Shown: in pieces, positions 17,010 through 26,464 of the stretch
How positions within the stretch are numbered: the stretch's first letter is position 1
Layout of the letters: the number at the start of each line of letters is the position of its first letter
Source: Pseudomonas sp.
Lineage (GTDB): Bacteria; Pseudomonadota; Gammaproteobacteria; Burkholderiales; Burkholderiaceae_B
Length of the DNA: 64,000 bases
Direction: 5' to 3'
Assembly: GCA_036675275.1 (NCBI GenBank)
Contig: JAKFFG010000027.1
Location: forward strand, 4,113-68,112
Translations under genes and position numbers: made by a program
Notes under the pieces: generated by a model
What the model was told of the DNA's origin: nothing
The model's input: the letters and a program-made list of their open reading frames with translations, nothing else
Database searches by the model: none

Positions 17010-17261
17010 AAAACCCACGACTGAGAATCCGGGCCGGTCGTTGAGTCGACCACCCACAGACCCACCGCTTCAGCGACACGATACGGAAGTCAATGACCCG
17101 CTCGCCAGAACCACTGCATGCATATACAGCTAATTCAGTTTTTCCTTCGTCGCTTTTGCTAAAACTTAAAAAAAAACTTAACAGAAGGCTGTAACATACT
17201 AATATCTTGAAGGTTTTTCTGATACTATCGCTTCAATTAACAACACACTGAAGCGCCAGCC

Positions 17262-18350
17262 ATGCTCCCTATCCGGAATCCACTGACACGTCATGTTCCC
17301 ATGTTGGCATCCCTGCCCGTGGCCTTACTGCTGATGGCGAGCACGCCGGCCGCCGCCCAAGTAGCCACCATCAGCCAGGGCCACAAGCCGCAACAAGCCG
17401 CGTACAGCGCCACAACATCCATGGCGGCAGATGGCGCTTCCATCAAGACACGCATTGCACCCCGGCGCAACTTGCGGCCAGTGGCCTACCAGGCCGTAGA
17501 AGGTTCTGCATCTAAAATACGAGTCGGCTTGCGCAGTGCCGCCGACGGCATGATTTCAATTCCCGACACTCAACAGCAAATTGAATCCCTGGGCAGCAAT
17601 GCCGTGCTTCGTTCGGAAGTCGCCTTTGCACAAGATCTTGAAAGCTCTACTGTCTTGTATGACAAGAATGCCGATGAAGTCCGCCCCATTGCGTCGATTT
17701 CCAAGTTGATGACAGCATTGGTCATTGCAGAATCCGGATTGCCCATGAAAGAGATGATGCAGATCAGCGATGCCGACGTAGACCGGATGCGATATTCCCG
17801 CTCGCGGTTGCCCGTGGGCACGGAGCTTAGCCGAGCCGATATGCTCCACCTTGCTCTTATGTCGTCGGAGAATCGCGCTGCCCACGCACTCGGGCGCTAT
17901 TATCCAGGCGGCATGCCTGCATTCGTGCGCGCCATGAATGACAAGGCCCGCGCGCTGGGCATGCGCAAAACCCGCTTTGTCGAACCCACTGGCTTGTCCA
18001 GCGAAAACGTGTCGACGCCGCGCGATCTGGTCAAGCTTCTGAAAGCCACCAGCACGCAGCCTCTGATCAAGCGCTATACCACCGACGACAAGTACAAGAT
18101 TGAAGTCGCTCGAGGCCGGCAACTGGTCTACAACAATACCAACCGCTTGATCGGAAAATCCGATTGGGACATCAAGATATCCAAGACCGGCTTCATTAAC
18201 GAAGCCGGTGAATGTCTTGTCATGCTTGCCCGTATCGACAATCGGGACGTCGCCATCGTCCTGCTCAATTCTTCGGGACGCTCCCGTGTGGGCGATGCAG
18301 TCCGCCTGCGCTCTGTCGTGGAAAAAGCAAGCAATGTGGCGATGCTCTAG
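17262..18350 (+). CDS. pbpG: D-alanyl-D-alanine endopeptidase (PBP7/PbpG, peptidase S11)
   Basis: 362 aa with a signal peptide. Active-site motifs are SISK (SxxK), SEN (SxN) and KTG. Confidence 0.85.
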   Translation: MLPIRNPLTRHVPMLASLPVALLLMASTPAAAQVATISQGHKPQQAAYSATTSMAADGASIKTRIAPRRNLRPVAYQAVEGSASKIRVGLRSAADGMISIPDTQQQIESLGSNAVLRSEVAFAQDLESSTVLYDKNADEVRPIASISKLMTALVIAESGLPMKEMMQISDADVDRMRYSRSRLPVGTELSRADMLHLALMSSENRAAHALGRYYPGGMPAFVRAMNDKARALGMRKTRFVEPTGLSSENVSTPRDLVKLLKATSTQPLIKRYTTDDKYKIEVARGRQLVYNNTNRLIGKSDWDIKISKTGFINEAGECLVMLARIDNRDVAIVLLNSSGRSRVGDAVRLRSVVEKASNVAML

Positions 18351-18377
18351 CATCGGCCCAAACACCGATCAGTTTCC

Positions 18378-19181
18378 ATGTGCCTAGCCTACCTGGCCAT
18401 TGCGGCTCATCCCGATTGGCCGCTGTTCATCGCCGCCAACCGCGACGAGTTCCACGAACGCCCATGCCTTCCGGCCGCTCCCTGGCCCGATCACCCAGAT
18501 GTCATTGCCGGCATAGACTGCAGAGCCCACGGAACCTGGCTGGGTATTACGAAGCAAGGTAAATTCGCCCTCCTGACCAATTATCGCGATCCTTCGTCCG
18601 TCGTGGCTGGCGCCCCATCTCGCGGCGACTTGGCGAGCCGATATCTCATCGGCGAGGAATTGCCCCAAGCCTATGCGCGCCGCGTGCATGAGAAGTCAGC
18701 GTCCTACAACGGATTCAATCTAATCGTGGGCACACTTTCCGCAACCAGCTATGTGGGAAATCGTAGCGGGCAAGCTGCGCCCCACGATCTGGCTCCGGGA
18801 CGCTACATTATTTCGAATCATCTGCTTGATACCCCATGGCCCAAGGCCGAACGCCTGAGGCTGGCTCTGGATCAGTATCCGCTCGATCGCCTGGAGCACT
18901 CGCTGGCACCGGTATTCGACCTGCTGAGAGACAGCACGCAGGCCGATGACCTCAATCTGCCGCAGACCGGCCTGACCCTGGCCCGGGAACGCCTGCTAAG
19001 CAGTCCCTTTATCGTCAGCCCCGACTACGGGACACGATGCTCCACAATCATTGCGGTGCACGCCAGCGGCCGTGCCATACTCAGCGAAGTCAGCTATGCC
19101 CCTTCCGGCGCGCCCACTGAGCGACACGACTGGCCTTTTCACATCGACGACTCGTTTCTGCCCTGCGCGCGGGCACGTTAG
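18378..19181 (+). CDS. NRDE-family protein (DUF833, TANGO2-like)
   Basis: The N-terminus MCLAYLAIAAHPDWPLFIAANRDEFHERP contains Cys2 and the NRDE motif. Confidence 0.8.
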   Translation: MCLAYLAIAAHPDWPLFIAANRDEFHERPCLPAAPWPDHPDVIAGIDCRAHGTWLGITKQGKFALLTNYRDPSSVVAGAPSRGDLASRYLIGEELPQAYARRVHEKSASYNGFNLIVGTLSATSYVGNRSGQAAPHDLAPGRYIISNHLLDTPWPKAERLRLALDQYPLDRLEHSLAPVFDLLRDSTQADDLNLPQTGLTLARERLLSSPFIVSPDYGTRCSTIIAVHASGRAILSEVSYAPSGAPTERHDWPFHIDDSFLPCARAR

Positions 19182-19212
19182 AATAAAGCGTCAACTTCCC
19201 GGGGATAGAACC

Positions 19213-19683
19213 ATGTCCATTATTCGCTTACCCCTCAACTTCTCGATAGCCAGCTTGAGGAACGCCATGGCCGCAACGGCGTTCGTGTGCGCGGGCATGG
19301 GCAGTCCGGCATACGCCCAACTTCCACCGACACAGAATCAGGGCGGCATCAGCTATGTAACAGGCGGTTTTGGACAGGACGAATCGACCGCATTCAAGCA
19401 GGCCATGCCGCAGTTTTCCGTGGCCATGACGTTTTCCAGCCAGAGCGACGGCACGGCGGCTTACGCGGCCGATGTACAGGTGGTCATACGCGACGAACAC
19501 GATGTCAATGTATTGAACGTGGCCTCGGAAGGGCCCTTCTTGCTGGTCAAGCTGCCGCCAGGCAAGTATCAGGTTTTTGCCACCTATGCCAACCAGACTC
19601 AAAAGCGTGAAATCAACGTAGGGGTAGACAACAGCACACCCCTTACCTTCGCCTGGGAACGGCCCGCATCCGGTCCTGATTAG
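19213..19683 (+). CDS. Secreted carboxypeptidase-regulatory-like domain protein
   Basis: The ATG at 19213 gives MSIIRLPLNF...SPAYAQ, a signal peptide. A beta-sandwich-like C-terminus follows (VVIRDEHD..., LPPGKYQVFATY). The longer ORF-track start overlaps the NRDE gene. Confidence 0.6.
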   Translation: MSIIRLPLNFSIASLRNAMAATAFVCAGMGSPAYAQLPPTQNQGGISYVTGGFGQDESTAFKQAMPQFSVAMTFSSQSDGTAAYAADVQVVIRDEHDVNVLNVASEGPFLLVKLPPGKYQVFATYANQTQKREINVGVDNSTPLTFAWERPASGPD

Positions 19684-19699
19684 GACCTGTCAACAGGCC

Positions 19700-20461
19700 T
19701 TAATGCAGCGTCCTGCCTGGACGGTCGGGCAGCTGGCACTGTTCCTCGGATTCTTGCGCCTGTTGCTGCAACAGTGCCAGCGCGGCTTGCCAATTGCGCA
19801 AGGGTACGCAGGTTTGCAGGCGCACGATTGCTTGCTGGATAAGCGCCTCATGCAGCTCGTGCCCGATATCTGACGCCACGTCCAGCGTTGCATCGCCCTG
19901 CAGCTCCTCCAGCCGGGCCAGCGTTGACGCGACATCGTGGGCAAGAACTTGCGTATCGTCGGCTCCGTGAAAGAAGTGCAGAAGCGTGGCAGGCGGCGCT
20001 GCGTCCGGTTGCCTCGCATAGAGCCCCGAAAACGCTAGAACCCGTCCCGCCAGATCGGGTTGAGCCAAGGAGGCTTCCAGCGCCATGCACGCTCCTTGTG
20101 AATATCCCGCCAAAGCGGTCTCTTCACCGGAGAGTCCATACTGCGCCTGCAAGCTCTTTACCAGTTCGATAAGTTCAGGCAACCCCTGCTTCACCCGGCC
20201 GGCATAGCTTTGCTCATGCTCGCTGCCGGGCTCTATCCACGAGTAAAGCATGGGTGACGATTCGCCCGGGCCTGAGCTATGCGCATAAGCAAAGGGCAAA
20301 ACCACGACGGCTGATGGAAACGCGAGCTTGATCGCCTGCGCCAGCGGAAACAATTGATCGGGCTTGGCGGATTCGCCATGCAACAGAACGAAGAGCAAAC
20401 GAGCTTCACCCTGTTTGGGTACGAAGATATAGGGCTGAGGGTGATCTGGTTTCATGGCCAT
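19700..20461 (-). CDS. Alpha/beta hydrolase, phospholipase/carboxylesterase (YpfH-like) family
   Basis: LLFVLLHGESAKPDQL, the nucleophile elbow GYSQGA, and a C-terminal H in GHELH. The start is taken at an internal Met (20461); the ORF-track start is 20503. Confidence 0.75.
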   Translation of the reverse strand: MAMKPDHPQPYIFVPKQGEARLLFVLLHGESAKPDQLFPLAQAIKLAFPSAVVVLPFAYAHSSGPGESSPMLYSWIEPGSEHEQSYAGRVKQGLPELIELVKSLQAQYGLSGEETALAGYSQGACMALEASLAQPDLAGRVLAFSGLYARQPDAAPPATLLHFFHGADDTQVLAHDVASTLARLEELQGDATLDVASDIGHELHEALIQQAIVRLQTCVPLRNWQAALALLQQQAQESEEQCQLPDRPGRTLH

Positions 20462-20610
20462 GGCAATATTGATTTTCAGGCAGTACCGTCGGAAGCGTTT
20501 CAAAAATTGTACGCCAGATAGGCTTCATGCATGCAGTCGGCGAATCGTTCCGGTTTGCGCCATCGCCCCGTCCATACTGCTAAAATAAATTCTTTGCCCG
20601 GGATTTCACC

Positions 20611-21069
20611 ATGAGCAACACGCTCAAGCCACAACTGGCCGACGCCGTCAAAAACGCCATGCGCGCCAAAGATGCGCCTCGTCTGGGCACCTTGCGTTTC
20701 CTGCAAGCCGCCGTCAAGCAAAAGGAAGTCGACGAGCGCCGCGAACTGGACGACGCCGAGGTCATAGCCATCATAGAGAAACAGGTCAAGCAACGCCGCG
20801 AATCCATCTCCGCCTTTGAACAGGCCGGACGCACAGAAACGGCCGAACAAGAAAAGGCCGAGCTCGCGGTGCTGCAAGAATTCCTGCCACAGGCGGCCAG
20901 CGCTGAAGAAGTCGATGCCACTATCGCTTCGGCCATCGCCGAAGTCAAAGACCAGGGCATTACCGGCGGTCCCGCAATGGGAAAAGTCATGGCCATCGTG
21001 AAGGCCGAACTTGCCGGGCGCGCCGACATGACTGCTGTTTCGGCACAGGTCAAGGCGCACCTGATGTAA
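20611..21069 (+). CDS. yqeY: GatB/YqeY domain-containing protein
   Basis: 152 aa. LKPQLADAVKNAMRAKD...RFLQAAVKQKEVDERRELDDAEVIAIIEKQVKQRRESI is the typical YqeY sequence. Confidence 0.85.
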   Translation: MSNTLKPQLADAVKNAMRAKDAPRLGTLRFLQAAVKQKEVDERRELDDAEVIAIIEKQVKQRRESISAFEQAGRTETAEQEKAELAVLQEFLPQAASAEEVDATIASAIAEVKDQGITGGPAMGKVMAIVKAELAGRADMTAVSAQVKAHLM

Positions 21070-21088
21070 GGCGCTACCGCCTCACATC

Positions 21089-21490
21089 CTACTTATACGC
21101 GACACAGACCGAGGTATCCATTCGTATCGACTGCCGCATTGCCTCGAGGGCGTTTTCGTCCCACGGGCTGTGGCCCCATACAGTATGCTTCACCTCGGTG
21201 GTTTTGCCATCTATTGCCCTGATTTCAGTGCGCGCTACCTCTATGTCGCCCAATTGACTGCGTACGGTTACCTCGCCCGTCTGCACTGTTGGGTTGACCT
21301 TTGCATACACGTCGTATTGTTTCTTGGCGGTCAGACATTCGGCCGCCTGGTTTTGCGCCCTCAGGTATACCGTTTGATAACTGCGGGGAACAGAATAAGA
21401 AATGCTGGGCGAGCTTCCGTTGGGCTGTATGCCCAAAGCACAGCCCGAAAGCAATGCGGCGGCACCAATACTGATCACTAAAGTTTTCAC
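21089..21490 (-). CDS. Hypothetical lipoprotein
   Basis: The GTG at 21490 is preceded by AGGAGG. The N-terminus VKTLVISIGAAALLSGCALG carries a lipobox. I recognised no family. Confidence 0.55.
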   Translation of the reverse strand: MKTLVISIGAAALLSGCALGIQPNGSSPSISYSVPRSYQTVYLRAQNQAAECLTAKKQYDVYAKVNPTVQTGEVTVRSQLGDIEVARTEIRAIDGKTTEVKHTVWGHSPWDENALEAMRQSIRMDTSVCVAYK

Positions 21491-21617
21491 TTTGCCTCCT
21501 GCCTTTGCCCTGGATATGGCATCACGCCCGGCCAGCCACATACTGCGCTGAGCCGCTGTCACAAAGGTAGCACGACGCCAGGCATCAGTGGGATCTTTAT
21601 TGATATTGCAAAGACGA

Positions 21618-22715
21618 TTATATGCACGTCTCGTTCAAGGCCATGCTTTCAGCACTGAAGGCAGGGTAATCAATATACCCCTTGGGGCCATCGGTATAGA
21701 AGGTGCTGGAATCCCAGGCGTTGAGCTCGACGCCGGCCTTCAAGCGGGCGACCAGATCGGGATTGGCGATAAACGCCTTGCCAAATGCCACCGCATCGGC
21801 CTGTCCTTGGTCGATTGCTCGTTGCGCCATCGACAGATCGTATTGTTCGTTGACAATTACCGGCCCGCCAAAACAGCGTTTTATCTCAAGAGACAGGTTG
21901 CCGTCACTCAAAGACTCCCGCGTAAAGATAAAAGCGAGATCCCGCCGCCCGAGTTCGCGTGCAACATAAGTGAACAGTGCTTGCGGATCTGAATCTGAGA
22001 CGGAATGCGAGCCGCCGCGTGGCGACAAGTGCACGCCCACACGGCCTGCCCCCCATATTCCTGTGCATTCGTCGACGATCTCAAGAAGAAGGCGTGCCCT
22101 GTTCTCGAGGGATCCGCCATACCGGTCGTTTCTTTTATTGGTGCCATCCTGCAGAAACTGATCGATCAGATAGCCGTTCGCCGCATGGACTTCAACACCA
22201 TCGAAATCGGCTTCGCGCGCATTGCGCGCCGCCTCGGCAAAGTCGGTGACGATGCCGGGGATCTCTTCGGTATGCAGAGCGCGCGGTACGACATAATTGC
22301 GTTTAGGACGTAACAGGCTGACGTGGCCTTCGCACGCAATGGCGCTGGGAGCCACCGGTATTTCGCCATTTAAAAATTCGGGGTCGGAGACCCGGCCCAC
22401 ATGCCACAATTGCAGGAAAATCTTCCCGCCTTTGGCATGCACCGCCTGGGTGATTTTCTTCCAGCCTTCGACCTGCGCACTGCACCAGATGCCTGGCGTG
22501 TTGGGAAAACCGACTCCCTGCGGGGACACAGAAGTTGCCTCTGACAGAATAAGGCCGGCTGAAGCACGCTGACAATAATAGGTACGCATCAAGTCGTTTG
22601 GTATCCGTCCTTTGGCAGCGCGCGTACGTGTCAATGGCGCCATTACAACCCGATTACTCAATACAACTGCACCCAACTGTATGGGGTCAAACAAACTTGC
22701 CATTTTTTGTACCAC
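21618..22715 (-). CDS. NADH:flavin oxidoreductase / alkene reductase (Old Yellow Enzyme, NemA-like)
   Basis: 365 aa. LSNRVVMAPLTRTRA, QLWHVGR, VEVHAANGYLIDQFL and RYGGSLENR are OYE signatures. Confidence 0.9.
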   Translation of the reverse strand: MVQKMASLFDPIQLGAVVLSNRVVMAPLTRTRAAKGRIPNDLMRTYYCQRASAGLILSEATSVSPQGVGFPNTPGIWCSAQVEGWKKITQAVHAKGGKIFLQLWHVGRVSDPEFLNGEIPVAPSAIACEGHVSLLRPKRNYVVPRALHTEEIPGIVTDFAEAARNAREADFDGVEVHAANGYLIDQFLQDGTNKRNDRYGGSLENRARLLLEIVDECTGIWGAGRVGVHLSPRGGSHSVSDSDPQALFTYVARELGRRDLAFIFTRESLSDGNLSLEIKRCFGGPVIVNEQYDLSMAQRAIDQGQADAVAFGKAFIANPDLVARLKAGVELNAWDSSTFYTDGPKGYIDYPAFSAESMALNETCI

Positions 22716-22877
22716 TACTTAAATCGAGGTTAACTCTATTCCTTCAGTTTGCACCAAAAATGTGAAATCTGAAGGCATGTACGTAACTTCATCAGGGTTT
22801 TTACCAGATTCTGCGTTAAGCTACCATCCCAGGCGGACCGGCATGCCGGCATCCGGGCTTTCAGAGAGGAATACCAA

Positions 22878-23531
22878 ATGGGACAATTTGCCGTCATTGG
22901 CCTGGGGCGATTTGGCTCGGCCGCATCATTGGAGCTCATGAAAATGGGGCATTCAGTATTAGGCGTGGATGCCGATGCGAAGCTCATCGACAAGTACGCC
23001 GATGACCTGACCCATGCGGTGATAGCAGATGTGACCGATCCCGGAGCCCTGGAGGAACTCGGGCTGGACAACTACGACGTCGTACTGGTCGCCATCGGTG
23101 AAGACATACAGGCCAGCCTTCTGTGCGTGGTTCACCTGAAATCCCTGGGAATACAAACCCTATGGGTGAAGGCCTCATCACACGCCCAACACCTTATTCT
23201 AAACAAATTAGGGGTAACACGTATTGTGCACCCCGAAGAAGAGATGGGCATACGGGTAGCCCAGGCGCTGAGCTACCCTATGGTGAACGACTATATCTCC
23301 ATCGGCAACGGAGAATTCGTCGTCGAGATCGACATCAGCGAACACCTGGAAGGCGTACCGCTCAGCCAGGTTCTGGATGGCGAGCCGGAATCAATACATG
23401 TGTTGCTCATCAAACGCAAAACCCAGATTACCGTCCATCCCGCGCGCGACTTCACTCTCCAGGCCAAAGACATATTGGTCATGCTTGGTCAATTGAGTAC
23501 GCTCAAGAACATAGCGCCAAAGCTGGTCTAA
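22878..23531 (+). CDS. ktrA: Trk/Ktr-type K+ uptake system, NAD-binding peripheral subunit (TrkA family, KtrA-sized)
   Basis: 217 aa with Rossmann motif VIGLGRFGS, then RCK_N plus RCK_C domains. Confidence 0.85.
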   Translation: MGQFAVIGLGRFGSAASLELMKMGHSVLGVDADAKLIDKYADDLTHAVIADVTDPGALEELGLDNYDVVLVAIGEDIQASLLCVVHLKSLGIQTLWVKASSHAQHLILNKLGVTRIVHPEEEMGIRVAQALSYPMVNDYISIGNGEFVVEIDISEHLEGVPLSQVLDGEPESIHVLLIKRKTQITVHPARDFTLQAKDILVMLGQLSTLKNIAPKLV

Positions 23532-23535
23532 AGCC

Positions 23536-24903
23536 ATGCGCAACTGGGATCCGCTGTATAGCCTGACCTCTTACCGGCGCGTCAAACGCACCGGCTTGTT
23601 GCGCGCCAGTCCGCCTTTCGTGCTGGCCGCCGGATTTCTATGCCTGATACTTCTGGGAACATTACTGCTTTCGTTGCCCGCGGCCAGCCAGCATCCCATC
23701 AGCCTGTTCGAAGCCTTCTTCATGGCGACTTCGGCGGTGACCGTTACCGGATTGACAGTGATCGACCCGGCCACCATGCTCAGCCAATTTGGACAGATCG
23801 TACTGATTACTCTGGTGCAATTGGGCGGACTCGGTTTCGTTACTTTCGCCGTGATCGCCGCGATAACGCTGGGCAACAAGATGAGCCTGCAGCATCAGGC
23901 CCTGGCGCTTGAGGCCTTCAACCAGACCAGTGTCTCGAAAATAAGACGCACGGCCTTTCTGGTCTTCAAGACGTCGATCGCCATCGAAGCGGTCGCCGCC
24001 GTTATTCTAACGCTCTGGTGGTGGCGCGACCTTCCTTTCTTCACTGCCTTATATCGCGCTGTGTTTCACGCCATTGCGGCCTTCAACAATTCCGGGTTCT
24101 CTCTATTCCCATCTAGTCTTGCACTATTCGTCGATGATGCGGTTACCGTCCTTATGATCTCATCGTTGATCATACTGGGCGGTATCGGCTTTCCGGTGCT
24201 TGGCGATATCGCCAACAAAAGACGCTGGTTGACGCTGTTGCCCTATACCAAAGTAATAATACTTGGCACGCTGATCCTGAATCTTGTCGGCTTCGTGTCT
24301 ATCTGGCTCCTGGAAGCGGGCAATCCAGCCACCTTGGGCGCTTTATCGGCTCCAGGACAGGCCCTGGCCGCATGGATGCAAAGCGTAACCGCGCGCACAG
24401 CCGGCTTCACGACTATCGACATCACCCAGCTGCGCGACACGTCCACTTTGCTCATTATCATGTTGATGTTCATCGGCGGCGGTTCCCTGAGCACGGCGAG
24501 CGGTATCAAGATAGGCACCTTCATTGTGCTTCTCGCCGCCGTATATTCCTATATCTTCCACAAGAAAGAAGTCGTTTTGCTCAAGAGATCCATTTCGCCG
24601 GACACCGTGCAGAAGTCGCTTGCGCTGGTGCTGGTTACCAGCGCGATGGCTTTCGGCGGTGTCCTGCTGATGACGATCTTTGAAGATGCCCCTTTTATCA
24701 ATATTCTTTTCGAAGTCGTATCCGCCTTGAGCACCACCGGCCTGAGTCGCGACCTCACACACCATTTGTCGCAGCCCAGTCAAGCGTTGCTGATTGTTTT
24801 GATGTTCGTGGGAAGGCTTGGGCCGTTGACCCTGGTCTATAGCCTGGCTACCCGCAAGCGCAGCAAGATCCGATATCCGGAAACCGAGTTCCAGGTCGGG
24901 TAG
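23536..24903 (+). CDS. ktrB: Trk/Ktr-type K+ transporter membrane subunit (TrkH family, KtrB-sized)
   Basis: 455 aa, polytopic, with repeated pore-loop glycine motifs (TVTGL, NNSGF, RTAGF, LSTTGL). It starts 4 nt after ktrA. Confidence 0.85.
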   Translation: MRNWDPLYSLTSYRRVKRTGLLRASPPFVLAAGFLCLILLGTLLLSLPAASQHPISLFEAFFMATSAVTVTGLTVIDPATMLSQFGQIVLITLVQLGGLGFVTFAVIAAITLGNKMSLQHQALALEAFNQTSVSKIRRTAFLVFKTSIAIEAVAAVILTLWWWRDLPFFTALYRAVFHAIAAFNNSGFSLFPSSLALFVDDAVTVLMISSLIILGGIGFPVLGDIANKRRWLTLLPYTKVIILGTLILNLVGFVSIWLLEAGNPATLGALSAPGQALAAWMQSVTARTAGFTTIDITQLRDTSTLLIIMLMFIGGGSLSTASGIKIGTFIVLLAAVYSYIFHKKEVVLLKRSISPDTVQKSLALVLVTSAMAFGGVLLMTIFEDAPFINILFEVVSALSTTGLSRDLTHHLSQPSQALLIVLMFVGRLGPLTLVYSLATRKRSKIRYPETEFQVG

Positions 24904-25012
24904 CCGGCAGTCCGGCACAGGCGTTTCAGCTGATAGGCTCAGCACCGCAAGTCATACGAAATTTGTGCTAGAATTCTGTTCTCGCTGATTGGCTCTACCG
25001 GTCAGCGAACAG

Positions 25013-25113
<101 letters not shown>

Positions 25114-25121
25114 ATAAAATC

Positions 25122-25154
25122 AAGGCCTTACAAGTTACTTGCTTGTAAGGCCTT
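25122..25154 (+). terminator. tRNA-Pro terminator hairpin
   Basis: AAGGCCTTACAAG-ttacttg-CTTGTAAGGCCTT (13-bp perfect stem) followed by the T-rich GTCTATTTCTGCTT. A second small hairpin CCGGA-tctgc-TCCGG-TTTTTT lies about 30 nt further on. Confidence 0.7.
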
Positions 25155-25285
25155 GTCTATTTCTGCTTCAGAAATATTTTTACTCCGGATCTGCTCCGGT
25201 TTTTTCTGTCAACATGCATACCGTCGCGGATGGCTTCGTCCCGTTCCCAACCTATAAGGCATCAACTGTTGATGGTCTTATAGCC

Positions 25286-26140
25286 CTAGCCAAGCTCAAA
25301 AGTGGTTACGCCGAATATTCGTTCGATGGCGATATCCGGCAAATGGCGGTTGTACATGCGCGCCGTGCCAAAAACCTCTTGCATGCCAAAGTCGGCGGCA
25401 AGACGCATGGCTGCTACGTTGGGCTCAGGCACATCAAGGTAAACCAACCTGCCATCCTTGACTTCATTACCCAATGCCAGCAACAAAGATGCAGCAATAG
25501 TGTCATTATCAGCAAACAACGGCCCGACCTTCCAGCCATCGCGGCAAGGGCGAATAACACCATAACCGCGCAGCGCGTGGCCGTCCCACCAAGCCAGGGC
25601 CGCCGAGCCGGGCTGTTTGAGCCAGGCGTCAAGAAACGCCTGACGCCCCGCTGGAAAGGCAAGGCGGTCGTACTGTGCAATACGGCTCGCGGCAACGCGT
25701 CCCACGCCAACAATATAAGGCGCGGAAGCCGCCAGGCCTGGTTCGCACCTGGTCCAGGCGTAGCGTATATTGCTATAAGCTAGGCTAAAACCCGACTTGC
25801 GGTAGTTCAGCTGCTGCTCCTGCACGCCGTCCAGGCCGACATTGCGCGCGCCAAACCGTTGTATGGCGCTATTCCATAACTGCAGGCCGTAGCCATGACC
25901 TCGATATGGCTCAGCCACGATGTAAAAGCCGAGGAAACCGAAGTCGCGGCCATAGCGCACCGCAGAGATGCAACCTATGGGCGCATCATCCAGCAGGCCG
26001 ATCAAGAAACCACCCTGGTCGGCCGCAAAGAAAGCCGCTGCATCGTTCAAGCCCGGATTCCAGCCTTCAGCGGCCGCGAGCTCCACGGCAAATGCCATCT
26101 CTTCCTGGCGCATTGCCCGGATGCGATATTTTCCTGCCAT
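25286..26140 (-). CDS. GNAT-family N-acetyltransferase with C-terminal YitH-like domain
   Basis: 284 aa with the acetyl-CoA binding segment YIVAEPYRGHGYGLQLW. It is divergent from pgaA. Confidence 0.8.
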   Translation of the reverse strand: MAGKYRIRAMRQEEMAFAVELAAAEGWNPGLNDAAAFFAADQGGFLIGLLDDAPIGCISAVRYGRDFGFLGFYIVAEPYRGHGYGLQLWNSAIQRFGARNVGLDGVQEQQLNYRKSGFSLAYSNIRYAWTRCEPGLAASAPYIVGVGRVAASRIAQYDRLAFPAGRQAFLDAWLKQPGSAALAWWDGHALRGYGVIRPCRDGWKVGPLFADNDTIAASLLLALGNEVKDGRLVYLDVPEPNVAAMRLAADFGMQEVFGTARMYNRHLPDIAIERIFGVTTFELG

Positions 26141-26464
26141 AGCTACCCCCGTGTTATGCGTCAGCCAGCCGGGACGTCACCAATATAGCTGGCCTCTGCA
26201 ACAAACAGACTAGTCCGTTTGTCGCACGCATGACGTAAGCCGAATATCGCATTCTAAGCCTAGACGTTCCTCTCTATCATTCGTCTAAGCGTGTCTGTAT
26301 CCAGACATGAAAAATCCTGACAAGCCCGGACTCCCCACCACATTAGCGTGCAGGTGGCGAGACGCGCGTTGCCTCCATTATCAGAGAAAATCCCAGGGGA
26401 AGGAACACCATGTGCCCATCCGCAAGACGAATGATGTTGTCCGTTCACGGCTGAATGGACGATC

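Larger units (their letters stand above)
16892..17016 (-). repeat. Left copy of a ~125-nt inverted repeat (upstream GGGTTTTCG + tRNA-Pro body + 3' hairpin)
   Basis: By-eye alignment with 25030-25154 in opposite orientation shows most positions identical. ORF-track peptides MGCKGAKVRIPPFRPI and [16 protein letters not shown] reveal the same repeat. Confidence 0.8.
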
